Positions 49,610 to 62,285 are shown, counted from the first letter of the stretch. The stretch is DNA of 64,000 bases from Azolla caroliniana (GCA_043228905.1 JBHGNT010000015.1:19282001-19346000), one strand, 5' to 3'. The notes: a model not told the origin generated them from the letters alone. Made by a program: numbers and translations.

Positions 49610-52130
49610 ACGCACTTCCGCTACACGGGTCATGTACGCATAATGATGCGCCATGTACTCGTTGTATCCGAACCGCAAAACAGGGTTCTTCTGGCGGGTA
49701 GATCGATGTAATCTAGCATTAGCCGATGTCGAGGCCTTCTCGGTCGACACGGACTTCACCTTTAAAGACCCATCACCGGTTCCCTCGGCGTCGGACTCGC
49801 GTCGGTCTGACTCGTTCCTATCCGTGCCGGAATCCGACACCTTCTTCTTCCCTTTCTCTTTGCGCGTAAGCCGTCTCCTCAGCTTCCTGCGCAGGGAATG
49901 CACGGCCGAGTCTCCACTACTCGCCGGCTCTTCATCGGACTGGTCGTACCGACTCAGTCGTCCAATCGGTCCACTCGGTCCACTTAAACGGAGTGAAATC
50001 AGACTCTCTTCGCGGGTCTCGATTTCGGGCTCATCCGGAGGCATCTCGGCCTGTCTGACCTCATCGTCAGAGCTCGGATTGGAGTCGGGGTTCGGAGTCG
50101 GGGGCTGGTACCAGGACGCGGATTTGTCAAACACAACGTCGCGGCTGACACGCGCTTGTTTGGTGCGAGGGTTATAGCACTTATAACCCTTCTGCTGGTC
50201 CGAGTAACCGATCAAGATGCATTTCTCGGTCTTTGCGTCCATCTTCCTCCTTTTCTCCTTCGGTACATTCACATACGCAATGCTACCGAACACCCTCAAG
50301 TGTCGCAAGTTCGGCTTCGTTCCGAAATATAGCTCGTGCGCCGACACTTTGTCTCCGATCCGGTTCTGGATGTATACCGCGGTCCTTACCGCCTCGGCCC
50401 AGTAGAACTTGGGCAAGCTCTTCTCCTCCAGCATTGCCCGTGCCGCTTCCACAATCGACCGATTCTTCCTCTCGGCCACGCCGTTCTGCTCCGGCGTGTA
50501 TCTACAAGTAAATTCGCGCCGAATTCCCATTTGTTGTAGATAACCGTTGAATTGACCAGAAAAGTACTCTTTCCCGCCATCCGACCGCAGGCACTTGATC
50601 TTTCGTCCCGTTTCCGTTTCCACGAACCCTTTGAGGTCCCGAAAACAGTCGAAGACTTCGCTCTTCCTCTCAATGAGGTAGATCCACGTGTGCCGCGTGT
50701 GGTCATCGATGAAGGAGACAAAATATTAGCTCCCGCCAAGACTAATGTTTTGTGCTGGCCCCCATACATCAGAGTGTATAAGGTCGAGCTTGTTCCGGCT
50801 CCGGTTTCGCTCGTTGGGGAAACGAAGTCGGTGTTGCTTCCCGAGCTGGCAGGCTTCACAAATTTGTGCCTTTCGGCCACTAAATTTGGGCAATCCTAAC
50901 ACTACCTGTTTTGATTGCAGATCTTGAAGCCGCTGGTAGTTGACGTGGCCTATCCGCTTGTGCCACAAGTCGATGTCCAACTCGGATTCTTGTCCCTTCA
51001 CGAACATTGCGGTGCCGCCGTCAATGGAATCGAGGATGAACATCCTCCCGTCTCTGCGCCCTTGCGCAATCACACGGCCTTCTTCCTCAATGAAGCACCC
51101 GAGGTGTGTAAACCGAACCTCCATCCCTTGGTCGACGATCTGTCTGACTGAGACCAAGTTCTTCGTGATTGTCGGAACGTGCAACACGTTCATGAGTTTC
51201 CCTTTCTGCCCGACATGGCTAAGGGGAACTTCTCCGACATTTGCAATCGAATGCGGAGTGTCGTCTCCAGTTGCAACTACTCCAGGTTGTATCGGTTTTT
51301 CAAGGTACAAGAACCACTCCTTATGACTCGTCATGTGGTTCGACGCGCCGGAGTCTACGTACCACACCTCGTCCGATCTCGGGGTGGTCTGTTTCATTGA
51401 GTTTGCTTTGTGTCTCGTCACGAAGACAGACCCTTCTCCGGCTCTCCAGGAGTCTTTGGCGTAGTGCGATCGTTGCCGATTTCCCTTGTCGGTATGTCCG
51501 GAGCTGTTTCCGGAACCGGTTCTCTCCAAATCGGCGCGCTTCTTCCAGCAGTCACTTTCCCTGTGGCCTTTCTTGCCACAGTACCAGCACTCCGCGATGG
51601 CCTTCCCTTGCCAATTCTCATCGCTTCGACTCCCCTTGTTTCCGGAGGGTCCGGAGTTGCTGTCGGCATCACTTCGGTGCCTTCTTCCTTGATCTCGTCG
51701 GCCGCCTCTATTGCGCGCCGACTCGCCTCGTCCTACACGTACACGGGGCCTATCCCCCCCGTGTACAACCATCTGCTGTCGGTGTGCATGCTTGTAGACG
51801 CACCCGCGTGGTTCTCCTCTACCAGGAGCATTGACTGTAAGTCGAAAAAGGACAACGTATTCTCCCGGGTACACATAACCGTTCGGAACGCTCCGAACTT
51901 CGACGCCAAACCTCCGAGACAGATCTGGACCATCTCGCTCTCCTCGATGTTCACCTCTATGGAGGCGAGGGAGTACCAGATATCCTTGATCTTAGAGGTA
52001 TAGTCCGCCACCGACAAGTCGCGTTGTCGTAGGTTGTTCAACTCTTGTCGGAGCTGAAGCTTCCTGGCTGAGGTGCTCGCGGTGAAAATCTTCTTCAGAT
52101 TTTCCCACGCACCCTTCGGCGTCTTTGCAT
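49610..52130 (-). pseudogene. Copia gag (partial), protease and integrase
   Basis: ORFs 51733-52041, 50726-51874 and 49538-50623 with a frameshift and a stop. Confidence 0.9.
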
Positions 52131-52140
52131 CACCCCTGAT

Positions 52141-52156
52141 ACTGCGCCATCACCCC
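52141..52156 (-). pseudogene. 5' 16-nt remnant of a tRNA-Met copy at the deletion junction
   Basis: actgcgccatcacccc followed by the normal upstream flank, 881 bp before the end of the next copy. Confidence 0.8.
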
Positions 52157-52507
52157 TGATATGTAGCTCTACAAAGAGAGATACTTGTTTTATCTAAGAT
52201 TGTGAGTACCTGAGAGAGGCTCAAAATTTCAAGCCTAGGATGCCTTAAAAGGAATGATACCTATGGGTTAAATAGAAAGAGTCAATCCACATTTTAGTCG
52301 AATATTCACAGGGTAATGGGAGTTTAATTGGGAGTGATTCGCAGAAAGCGGTGCATTACTGAATATATGTCGACACTTGAGGGTGGATAAAATAACATGT
52401 AGCATGTGTTGTGTTTCGATGACATTGATGATCATAAGGGGAGAACACAAAACAACTACAATCGACATGATAGGAGATAAGGATTGGGGAGATTGGAATT
52501 TCGAGGA

Positions 52508-52592
52508 TGGCGTGAGAGGGCCTTTAATTCTCCACGGGAGGATATGTCAAGATCTATAGGATCTATGCACAAGGAACCAATGTCATCAACTC
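52508..52592 (-). pseudogene. Decayed tRNA-Met copy (B subunit)
   Basis: Homologous to 35351-35435. Confidence 0.8.
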
Positions 52593-52952
52593 TAATGGGT
52601 AAATTTAGGAACATTCTAATTTAACTTATACCTGTGCTAATAGATAATAGGTGAGACCATCAATAAATTTCAAATTTACGATGGCTTTAAACCAATGATA
52701 GTTAATGATTTCTTAAATAAGAGACCACCCTCATGATGGACGTATTGCGACCAAGAATATTCACATAGTCATGCGAGACTAAACTCGGTATGGTTTGCAA
52801 AAGCAGTTGTCGTATAGAATATAGTTTGACTCATAGGGTGTATAAAATGCCATGTAATATGTGTTGTGTTCCCATGACATTGAAGAGAATTAGAGAAGAA
52901 CAAAAATCGACATGATAGGAATTAATGATTGTAGAGACCATGCTGTCGTGGA

Positions 52953-53037
52953 TGGGGTGAGAGAGGCTTGAACTCTCGACCTCAGGATATCTCAAGAGCT
53001 ATGAGACCTACGCGCTAGCCAACTGCGCCATCACCCC
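52953..53037 (-). tRNA. trnM-CAT: tRNA-Met(CAT) elongator with intron, copy 7
   Basis: Same sequence as copy 1. Confidence 0.96.
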
Positions 53038-53388
53038 TGATATGTAGCTCTACAAAGAGAGATACTTGTTTTATCTAAGATTGTGAGTACCTGAGAGAGG
53101 CTCAAAATTTCAAGCCTAGGATGCCTTAAAAGGAATGATACCTATGGGTTAAATAGAAAGAGTCAATCCACATTTTAGTCGAATATTCACAGGGTAATGG
53201 GAGTTTAATTGGGAGTGATTCGCAGAAAGCGGTGCATTACTGAATATATGTCGACACTTGAGGGTGGATAAAATAACATGTAGCATGTGTTGTGTTTCGA
53301 TGACATTGATGATCATAAGGGGAGAACACAAAACAACTACAATCGACATGATAGGAGATAAGGATTGGGGAGATTGGAATTTCGAGGA

Positions 53389-53473
53389 TGGCGTGAGAGG
53401 GCCTTTAATTCTCCACGGGAGGATATGTCAAGATCTATAGGATCTATGCACAAGGAACCAACGTCATCAACTC
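53389..53473 (-). pseudogene. Decayed tRNA-Met copy (B subunit)
   Basis: Homologous to 35351-35435. Confidence 0.8.
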
Positions 53474-53833
53474 TAATGGGTAAATTTAGGAACATTCTAA
53501 TTTAACTTATACCTGTGCTAATAGATAATAGGTGAGACCATCAATAAATTTCAAATTTACGATGGCTTTAAACCAATGATAGTTAATGATTTCTTAAATA
53601 AGAGACCACCCTCATGATGGACGTATTGCGACCAAGAATATTCACATAGTCATGCGAGACTAAACTCGGTATGGTTTGCAAAAGCAGTTGTCGTATAGAA
53701 TATAGTTTGACTCATAGGGTGTATAAAATGCCATGTAATATGTGTTGTGTTCCCATGACATTGAAGAGAATTAGAGAAGAACAAAAATCGACATGATAGG
53801 AATTAATGATTGTAGAGACCATGCTGTCGTGGA

Positions 53834-53918
53834 TGGGGTGAGAGAGGCTTGAACTCTCGACCTCAGGATATCTCAAGAGCTATGAGACCTACGCGCTAGC
53901 CAACTGCGCCATCACCCC
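53834..53918 (-). tRNA. trnM-CAT: tRNA-Met(CAT) elongator with intron, copy 8
   Basis: Same sequence as copy 1. Confidence 0.96.
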
Positions 53919-54269
53919 TGATATGTAGCTCTACAAAGAGAGATACTTGTTTTATCTAAGATTGTGAGTACTTGAGAGAGGCTCAAAATTTCAAGCCTAG
54001 GATGCCTTAAAAGGAATGATACCTATGGGTTAAATAGAAAGAGTCAATCCACATTTTAGTCGAATATTCACAGGGTAATGGGAGTTTAATTGGGAGTGAT
54101 TCGCAGAAAGCGGTGCATTACTGAATATATGTCGACACTTGAGGGTGGATAAAATAACATGTAGCATGTGTTGTGTTTCGATGACATTGATGATCATAAG
54201 GGGAGAACACAAAACAACTACAATCGACATGATAGGAGATAAGGATTGGGGAGATTGGAATTTCGAGGA

Positions 54270-54354
54270 TGGCGTGAGAGGGCCTTTAATTCTCCACGGG
54301 AGGATATGTCAAGATCTATAGGATCTATGCACAAGGAACCAACGTCATCAACTC
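54270..54354 (-). pseudogene. Decayed tRNA-Met copy (B subunit)
   Basis: Homologous to 35351-35435. Confidence 0.8.
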
Positions 54355-54714
54355 TAATGGGTAAATTTAGGAACATTCTAATTTAACTTATACCTGTGCT
54401 AATAGATAATAGGTGAGACCATCAATAAATTTCAAATTTACGATGGCTTTAAACCAATGATAGTTAATGATTTCTTAAATAAGAGACCACCCTCATGATG
54501 GACGTATTGCGACCAAGAATATTCACATAGTCATGCGAGACTAAACTCGGTATGGTTTGCAAAAGCAGTTGTCGTATAGAATATAGTTTGACTCATAGGG
54601 TGTATAAAATGCCATGTAATATGTGTTGTGTTCCCATGACATTGAAGAGAATTAGAGAAGAACAAAAATCGACAAGATAGGAATTAATGATTGTAGAGAC
54701 CATGATGTCGTGGA

Positions 54715-54799
54715 TGGGGTGAGAGAGGCTTGAACTCTCGAACTCAGGATATCTCAAGAGCTATGAGACCTACGCGCTAGCCAACTGCGCCATCACCCC
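54715..54799 (-). tRNA. trnM-CAT: tRNA-Met(CAT) elongator with intron, copy 9 (variable-loop variant AGTTC)
   Basis: One substitution relative to copy 1. Confidence 0.9.
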
Positions 54800-55150
54800 T
54801 GATATGTAGCTCTACAAAGAGAGATACTTGTTTTATCTAAGATTGTGAGTACTTGAGAGAGGCTCAAAATTTCAAGCCTAGGATGCCTAAAAAGGAATGA
54901 TACCTATGGGTTAAATAGAAAGAGTCAATCCACATTTTAGTAGAATATTCACAGGGTAATGGGAGTTTAATTGGGAGTGATTCGCAGAAAGCGGTGTATT
55001 ACTGAATATAGGTCGACACTTGAGGGTGGATAAAATACCATGTAGCATGTGTTGTGTTTCGATGACATTGATGATCATAAGGGGAGAACACAAAACAACT
55101 ACAATCGACATGATAGGAGATAAGGATTGGGGAGATTGGAATTTCGAGAA

Positions 55151-55235
55151 TGGCGTGAGAGGGGCCTTAATTCTCCACGAGAGGATATGTCAAGATCTAT
55201 AGGATCTATGCACAAGGAAAATGCGTTATCAACTC
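55151..55235 (-). pseudogene. Decayed tRNA-Met copy (B subunit), last in the array
   Basis: Homologous to 35351-35435. Confidence 0.8.
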
Positions 55236-55499
55236 TAATGCGTAGATCTAGGAACATCCTAATTTTACCTTATACCTGTGATAATAGATAATAGGTAAAC
55301 CCAACCGATGTTGATGTTGTTGTAATGATTACATTACATAACATGAATAAATGAAACATCTCCTACAAGGACAAAGGTTTTCGTAGAGCTCGACTGTGAA
55401 TAATGCCTAATTGACTTTCCCTTCAACTTACGTATTTTGTTGTGGGTACACCATTAAGTTCATCTGACACAATAACCTCATTCCTCTGCCTCCAAGTAT

Positions 55500-55900
55500 C
55501 CACAAATGTCGTTAATGGCGACAATGGTCAAACACAACCTTACATGATGGGGAGGGTTAGCACTTGAAAATCCTCAATGAAAACCCATTGAAAAGGCGAC
55601 AAAACAATCTTGGTTAATGATGTCCTAATTCGTGATGTATTAACCCAAATGGCTTTAGAGATTGCGCATGTGGTGAACTTGTGTTTGGCATCGTCATCGA
55701 CCATTGTACAGAATAAGCATATACCATGTAACATGTGCCTTAGTTTTAAAGTTGTCGCCATAGGCAACGCACCCACAATTGCATGCCAAAGAAATACCTT
55801 TGCATGAAATGGTCGTTATGCATCTAAATTTTGACATCACTATATTACACATCGGGTAATGTTGCCATGTATATATGTATATCTGAGACCGTCTATCACA
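55500..55900 (-). mobile_element. L1 LINE relic (zf-RVT-like region)
   Basis: GALPMATTLK...GICLFCTMVDDDAKHKFTTCAISKAIW resembles the L1 C..C...E...HLF..C......W motif. Confidence 0.55.
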
Positions 55901-57499
55901 AACCAAACTCAATCTTCAACCAACTTATGGTATATATCATTAGTGTACATCATAACTATCAGGAACTAATATTTCCATGTCTCCTCTACCACCAACTCTA
56001 GAATTGAGTCTATTGTAATAGGCAAAATCCTAATATTTATTGTCAAATAACACCATATCCTGAAGATTGAGACTTTCTTGTTTATGCTTATGTACCAATC
56101 TTGAGGACACAATTGTTAGAAATATCGAGAATCGACTAGAGTGGCAAGGGAGTTACACTCACAAATATGTATATGTTTCAATACAAACTTTCTATTATAT
56201 ATGAGGTTACCTCACAATGTTAGTCCCTTGTGCGCTCGCGGCTCAAACCTTAGAGCTTATATGGGATTTTGACAGATCGACTATAGAGTTAGTTGACACA
56301 AAATATGATCATAATAGTTGTGTAAAAAAAAGACATTTACGTAATTTATATGTTTAGTCTTATTAGACATCAATTAAAATGTGCAATTCAGTTGATAGTA
56401 GTGGGGATATTCATTTTCTCAACTCGCTTATCATTTTATATAACCTAGCTCCTAGATACAAGATAGTGTTAGATAATACTTATCTTAAAGTCAATAGCAC
56501 ATACTTCAAGCCTAAGCACATCTTTCTTATACATAGTCGACTTGCTACTTAATCCCATTACCCTACTTCCTTCTTTCCTAAATACATTTGGTCCAACATA
56601 TCTATAGTTTCCCACATTGACACCGCATGGACCCGTATGGTTGGGTTGCACAATAGCTTCTCATCATTTCCTAAAATACAAGTGGAGATAAACAAACAAC
56701 TTGGGGTGATCACTAACCATATCTAACAAATTGCCCTTGTTGGTAAAGAACTACTATCATTTTCGCACTTAAGAAGTATTCCATTTGAACAATTTCAAGC
56801 ATTGTTATCAATATAACATTAATTGTTGAAACATTAAATATATTTGGAACATTAAAATGACCAAGCATTATTTTATGTTTTTAAAGAAGATATCATGTCA
56901 TTAGTGTAACCATCTTTACAAGATTTTAAATGACCAAGCATTATTGTAACATGGCATAAGGAAGTTGCAATGCTTGTTTTCCCATGGTACATATCAACAT
57001 TTTCCAGAAAATGACATTATTTCCAGTCGAGGTTAAGTACCAATACACATATCTTCTTAGATATTGAATTCCAGGTGGCAATTATATATGGATGCAAGGT
57101 GGGGAACATAAATGTGTCTTACCGTGCTATATAAGCAAGTGCTTTAGTTTTTTTTTTCCCAAAACAAAATATCCTTCCATTAGTTTTAAAAAACCTATCA
57201 AGTACAAACTACAAAAGAGATGAAAAAGAAGAGGAAAAAGGACTATCCCAATGACTGGCCATGGATCCTGCCGCCTACTTTCATCATACCAGAAAATGAC
57301 ATCATAATAATTAGACACCTTACACAGACCTTCAAGGATAGAGTTGTATAGCATCCTCATTCTTATCCTACTCAATATATCCCAATAATATGGCAAGCCG
57401 TTGTATCATATCTCCTCGAATCATATGTGATAAATGGTGACCTTCAACTTGCCTTAATTACATAAGACTTTGCAAGTATAATTATTCATGATCGCTCCA

Positions 57500-58400
57500 A
57501 CATGTATGTTATCATCTTAAAACCGTAGGTCCAATCGAAGCTTCAACCATTGCTTCACAACGTCTTGTATATCCTGAGTAAACAAGCTTCCAACCTAGTT
57601 CTATATTCCCTCCATTCTCTTGAAACTACCTCGTATACATGAAGACAATGAACCACTTGTATGCTCACACAACTTCGGAGAACCATAGCATGCAGAACAT
57701 TCTTTAAATTACATCGTTCTGCCACATCCACTCCTTGTTGGAAATGAAAACCTTGATCCTTCCTATTAGCATTACTTTCGCGAACATCCTAAGGATCACC
57801 CATTTCTTTCCACTAGCAATAAATTCTCAAACTATGCTCATGCTTCAATTATTGCTCCACCTTTATAGTACCAATCTTCGCTGATCCATGCTCAACATAT
57901 CGTGTAATAGATGCATTTCACAAGAGAACATGTTTTTTTGCAAGAATATCATTTACATCTCGAACTGAAATATCATCGATTGTTTTTTGTGTTTTTTCAA
58001 GATTGGCACATATAGCATACATATCCAACAAAGAATTCCCAAGCTCAATATTGTCTTCTAACAGCCTCTTACTCATAATTTCAATGTGATTTTTTATGCA
58101 TGTCAATCACTCTTTCACTGCCACCTTGGCAAACTTATCAAGGCCAAAATCAGTGCATCCCACATCCTTGTATCTCGAAATCAAAGTTGAAAATATTTCT
58201 TATACCTCACCAAGTAAACCACAAAAAAATATCAGTTGAGCCATGATCCACCTATCCACATATAGCATATGCCCAACAAAGCCTTTCTAAGCTCAATATT
58301 GTCTTCTAGCAACCTATTACTCATGATTCTGTTGTAGTTTATGTGTCTATTAACACTCCTATAGTGCCACCTGCTGGTAATATCCTGAAATTAGTGCATT
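57500..58400 (-). pseudogene. Degenerate PLS-class PPR gene fragment
   Basis: LLEDNIELGNSLLDMYAICANLEKTQKTIDDISVRDV, with a second similar repeat near 58260-58330; frameshifted. Confidence 0.6.
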
Positions 58401-58586
58401 TTTAGAAGCCATAACCCGGACTAGAAGTCCCTCTTTCCTCATAGGTAAAGCACACAAGATGAAGGTCATATGACGGCCTTCTAGTGTCTTCTATTACTGT
58501 CTCCACAGAAAGAAGTTGCATCGTGAAACACCATCCTTCTTCAACCTACTCATAGTTAGCTATACGTACAACGTGCTACCAATTAT

Positions 58587-59190
58587 CTCCACTCATCCTC
58601 CCCCAAAAAAAAAACAAAAAAAGAAAACCACTCCCCAAATTTGAAAAGTAAATGAAACATAAGTATCCTCCTTGTGACTCCCTAGAACTGCTTCAACATC
58701 CTTTAACATCATCCATCTCTGCCCCAGAGTAAAAAGATTTACTCATAAGGATGGCTTCCCCATGCAAAGCCAAACCACTCTTGTAATTTCCACTTTCAAT
58801 GTACACAAAGTAGCTGCATCTTGAGACAGTTTTCTATTTTCCACATTTAACCTGCTTATAAATGGCAAAACGTAAGGCATGGTACCAAATGTATACATCC
58901 TAGTACAATACCTTTCGACAGTTTGTCTCCACTCATCCTCCCCAGAAAAATGAGAAAACCACTCCCCGACTTTGAAAAGTCATTGAAACATAATCTAGCC
59001 TCCCTGTATCTCCCTAGAACTACTTCAACATCCTTTAACATCATCCATCTTTGTCACAAACACGAAGCAAAAAGATTTTCCCCCATAAGGATGGCTTCCC
59101 CAAGCAAAGCCAAACCACTCTTCTAATTCCACTTTCAACGTACACAAAGTAGCTGCATCTTAAAGCAGTCTTTTATTTTCCACATTAAAC
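58587..59190. repeat. Diverged direct duplication, period ~340 bp
   Basis: 58587-58850 aligns with 58927-59190 (ctccactcatcctccc...cataaggatggcttcccc...gtacacaaagtagctgcatct). Confidence 0.85.
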
Positions 59191-60189
59191 TTGAAGCAAG
59201 TGCTTTAGTTATTGATGAACTATTTTGTTTCAACGCCAATCTTCAACATATTCTCCTTGTTATAATAATTATGTTCTTCTCTCTTTTTGTAGTATTCTTT
59301 TCTATCATTCTATCTTCCTAACACTTTGAACCGGAATCATCTCTCTCTTTTTGGGGGAGTTTTCAAGCTTTATCATCATAATGGAGTCCATTAGCAAGCA
59401 AAGTGCATGTGTGTTACCTTTGAATTTGATTGTTTTGCAACCAAATTTGTGGCTTAGAGCAAGAGAGCGAGAGATCGTTTGAGGATTTACAACAACTAAA
59501 CCTCGGGAAAGCAAAACAATATGACGAGCTACCAAAACTCATTTTCCAACTTGAACCAAATCTATTGTATAAACCATAGGCCAATTCTATTATGGGCTTC
59601 ACAATTATGTGAAAGATTTACTTCTCACTTGCCATGCATGTGTCTAAACCATGCTATATAAGCATGTCGTCTAGTACCGATGAACCATTTTGGTTCAACG
59701 CTAGAGTTCAACATATTCTTGTATATATTTTTTGCAAGCATGCATGATCACCAAATTAATATATTAGCATTTGTTCTAGTTTTGATGAACCATTATTATT
59801 AAATGCCCATGTTCGGTGTATTCTTGTATATCTTGTTCTTATAGTTAATTCATTGTTAATCTCCTCTTATTTCCCTATTCTTATTCTCTTCATAAATTTG
59901 GTTTGATATTGTCTATGACATTGGCAAATTGAAGCAGAATAAACATATCTTCTTCATTATATATTCATGGAACTCACTCTATCTTCTCATAACGTTGGTG
60001 GCAATAAGTGAACAAAATTTTGTGCATGTTCTGGTTGATGTATAATGCTTACCAAATGTTAGATTTGTGGCTCTTGAGCAAGAGAACTAAAGGCTTCTTA
60101 GGGATTTACAAAAGTGAATGCTAAGAAAGCTCAATAACATGACGAATTGAGTTAACGGGTTCAACAACTTGAAATTGCACTAGTAACAT

Positions 60190-60740
60190 TGCAACAACCA
60201 CCTTTGGAAGCATCGAGTTTGCCAAAAGAACCCAAGATAAGTCTCTTGGTGAAGTTTGATGATACTAGGCCACAATTTCAAGGATTCCTAAACTAGACGC
60301 ATCTAGTATTACAAATGCATCTCGGGTGCATCCCAATCCGATATCCAATTGATATGGCATGAGTAAAGTTTGTCTAGACTCTATTGACTAGTACAACGCT
60401 AACTTGATTTGCATCATTACTCGAGAAAAAAGGTCCCCTTAAATTTTGATGAGGTTATTAAGGATTTTCAAGCTTGTTTTAGAGATACATATAGTGTGAA
60501 AACCATTATCAATAAGATTCAAAGGTTATGACAAGGAGATCACTCCGTCTTGGCCTATGCAAGTGATTTTTGCCTTCTTTCATGTGACATCTCTTGGGAT
60601 GAAGAGACATTAATGGATTAATTTCAATAAGGGCATTGTAATGATGTGGATGATTTACTTTTCACGTTTCATGAAGATCCTAAATCGCATACCAAGACGA
60701 TTAGTCGAGTCGTACAATGTGACAACCGTGTATTAATTGA
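60190..60740 (+). mobile_element. Degenerate Gypsy gag relic (Tcn1/PEG10-like)
   Basis: PKEPKISLLVKFDDTRPQFQGFLN, QGDHSVLAYASDF..L..DISWDEETL and CDNR, with many stops. Confidence 0.6.
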
Positions 60741-61233
60741 GTGACATTTTGAACGTTAACAATGGTCTCTTCCTAGATCAAAGGAAGCAAATGAGTCAAT
60801 GACTCTGTTACCATCATTTGGAATATGTCAACCCCTATCCCTAATCAAATAATTACATTCTCCTATTTTCTTATTATTTTATTTCATTTTATCGACTTCT
60901 CAATACAATGATGATATGCAAGAGCTTTCATGTAAAAGGGGCCTTTGTGTGACCCAACTGAAAAGTGCTAGTTTTTAGGATGAGATGAAAAGTAATAAGA
61001 ATGAGAGAGATAGGTAAATATATTTCTAACATCCTCTAGATACCAATTAAGATCTATGAGATGGGGCCATGCCCACTACCACTTGGGTGGTGATCCTTGG
61101 AAGTGCAACTCCAATGTATAAGACATGTTGGCCCCTTTGGGAAAACTTGATTCATTACCACCGCAATAAGGGACATGGGAACAAGTCTTCATATAAAGTT
61201 AAGATCATGGCGAATTGAATGTGTTAATTTTAG

Positions 61234-61306
61234 GATAAAGTGTAGCTCAATTGGTAAGGTTACCCGATGGAGACCATGAGGTCATGGGTTCAACCCCATT
61301 CCACAG
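61234..61306 (+). pseudogene. tRNA-derived sequence (SINE head or tRNA pseudogene)
   Basis: A-box TAGCTCAATTGG and B-box GGTTCAACCC at tRNA-like spacing; acceptor and anticodon stems do not pair. Confidence 0.5.
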
Positions 61307-62181
61307 TGGCATCTAGTGAATTAAGAGATACATTTGAAGTATCTAATAGAGAGGTGAGAAAATTGGGTTTCGAACCCATGATGTTAGTGTAACAACTTGC
61401 CAATAGGGTAACATAAGAAAGAGATAGACCACTCTCATCTTGTAGCATACTTTCGAATTAGATGATGAGCATGAGGAGAAGTCACTATGAGTGCATGGAC
61501 AAACCCATCAAGAATGCAAATGCATGTTCAACACAATAACTATACAAAGAAGTCTCAATAAGAGTTATATTATGAAATGAATCATAACATAGTTTAGATG
61601 ATTGTAACACTAGAGAGTTTTTGCTACTCTTATTCTACCCCTTTTTAGTGGCCCCAAATAAGGTGCTTATATAAGTTCTCTGATGCTACGATGTATGTAC
61701 ATCTAATGTCATTTGGAGCTCATGCTATAACCTAAACTAAACATATGTCTATAGATTTAAGCAAAAAAAAAACACACCTAATACCTATGGTTACCACCTT
61801 GTCAATAATAACAATTCTTCATAAAAATGATGACATTGTGCAAAGTTTAAAAGTCGTGTTTTGTATTGTGTTTAGTTACCAACGTATGAACATTCATTAT
61901 GCATCCACCCAAACTTTCCTTTACTTCTGCGCCCTAGTTTGGCAACCGATAAACACAAGCATTTGGTTGATAGAGGTCACTCACGCTATGCGGGGTGAAG
62001 GTTGATATGATGATTTGGCACATGACACCATGCACTACCTCTACCAATTACAATCCACCACCTAGCCTACAGAAGAAGGCTAATCATTCTGCCACATTGT
62101 TGAAAGTTTTTGAGAGTGAAAGGGCATCCTTTCTCTTTGTAACAGAACAAACACAACCCACCTTCCCCTCAACAACACATA

Positions 62182-62184
<3 letters not shown>

Positions 62185-62239
<55 letters not shown>

Positions 62240-62285
62240 TTTAGTTCGTATGAAGAGAGAGAGAGAGAGAGTGTGTGTGTGTGTG
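62185..62285. repeat. Compound (CT)n / (GA)n / (GT)n microsatellite
   Basis: Seen directly. Confidence 0.95.

Larger units (their letters stand above)
40039..52130 (-). mobile_element. Ty1/Copia LTR retrotransposon, 5'-deleted, with nested Gypsy
   Basis: Domain order gag (CWYCGKKGHRESDC), PR (WYVDSGASNHM), IN (LRSDGGKEY, TPEQNGVAERKN), RT (MDVKNAFL, YVDDL), RH (ARTKHIEVHYHFVRE); PPT and 3' LTR present; 5' LTR and PBS absent. Confidence 0.96.
52141..55296 (-). repeat. tRNA-Met tandem array, right block (881-bp, near-identical units)
   Basis: Exact 881-bp spacing of tRNA copies (52953, 53834, 54715) and of the recurring ORFs in the track. Confidence 0.97.

Noticed and set aside
43014-52003. 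Numerous long antisense and overlapping ORFs in the retroelements
   Set aside because: Expected from GC-rich, stop-poor TE sequence; no domains recognised.
35111-55202. Recurring 60-66 aa ORFs (MSIVVVLCSP..., MRVDKIPC...) as a peptide gene family
   Set aside because: They are by-products of the repeat, overlap the decayed tRNA, are broken by a deletion in one unit and show no recognisable domain.
34686-55296. CRISPR-like repeat-spacer array
   Set aside because: Spacers are homologous to each other, units are ~880 bp, the context is eukaryotic and no cas genes are present.
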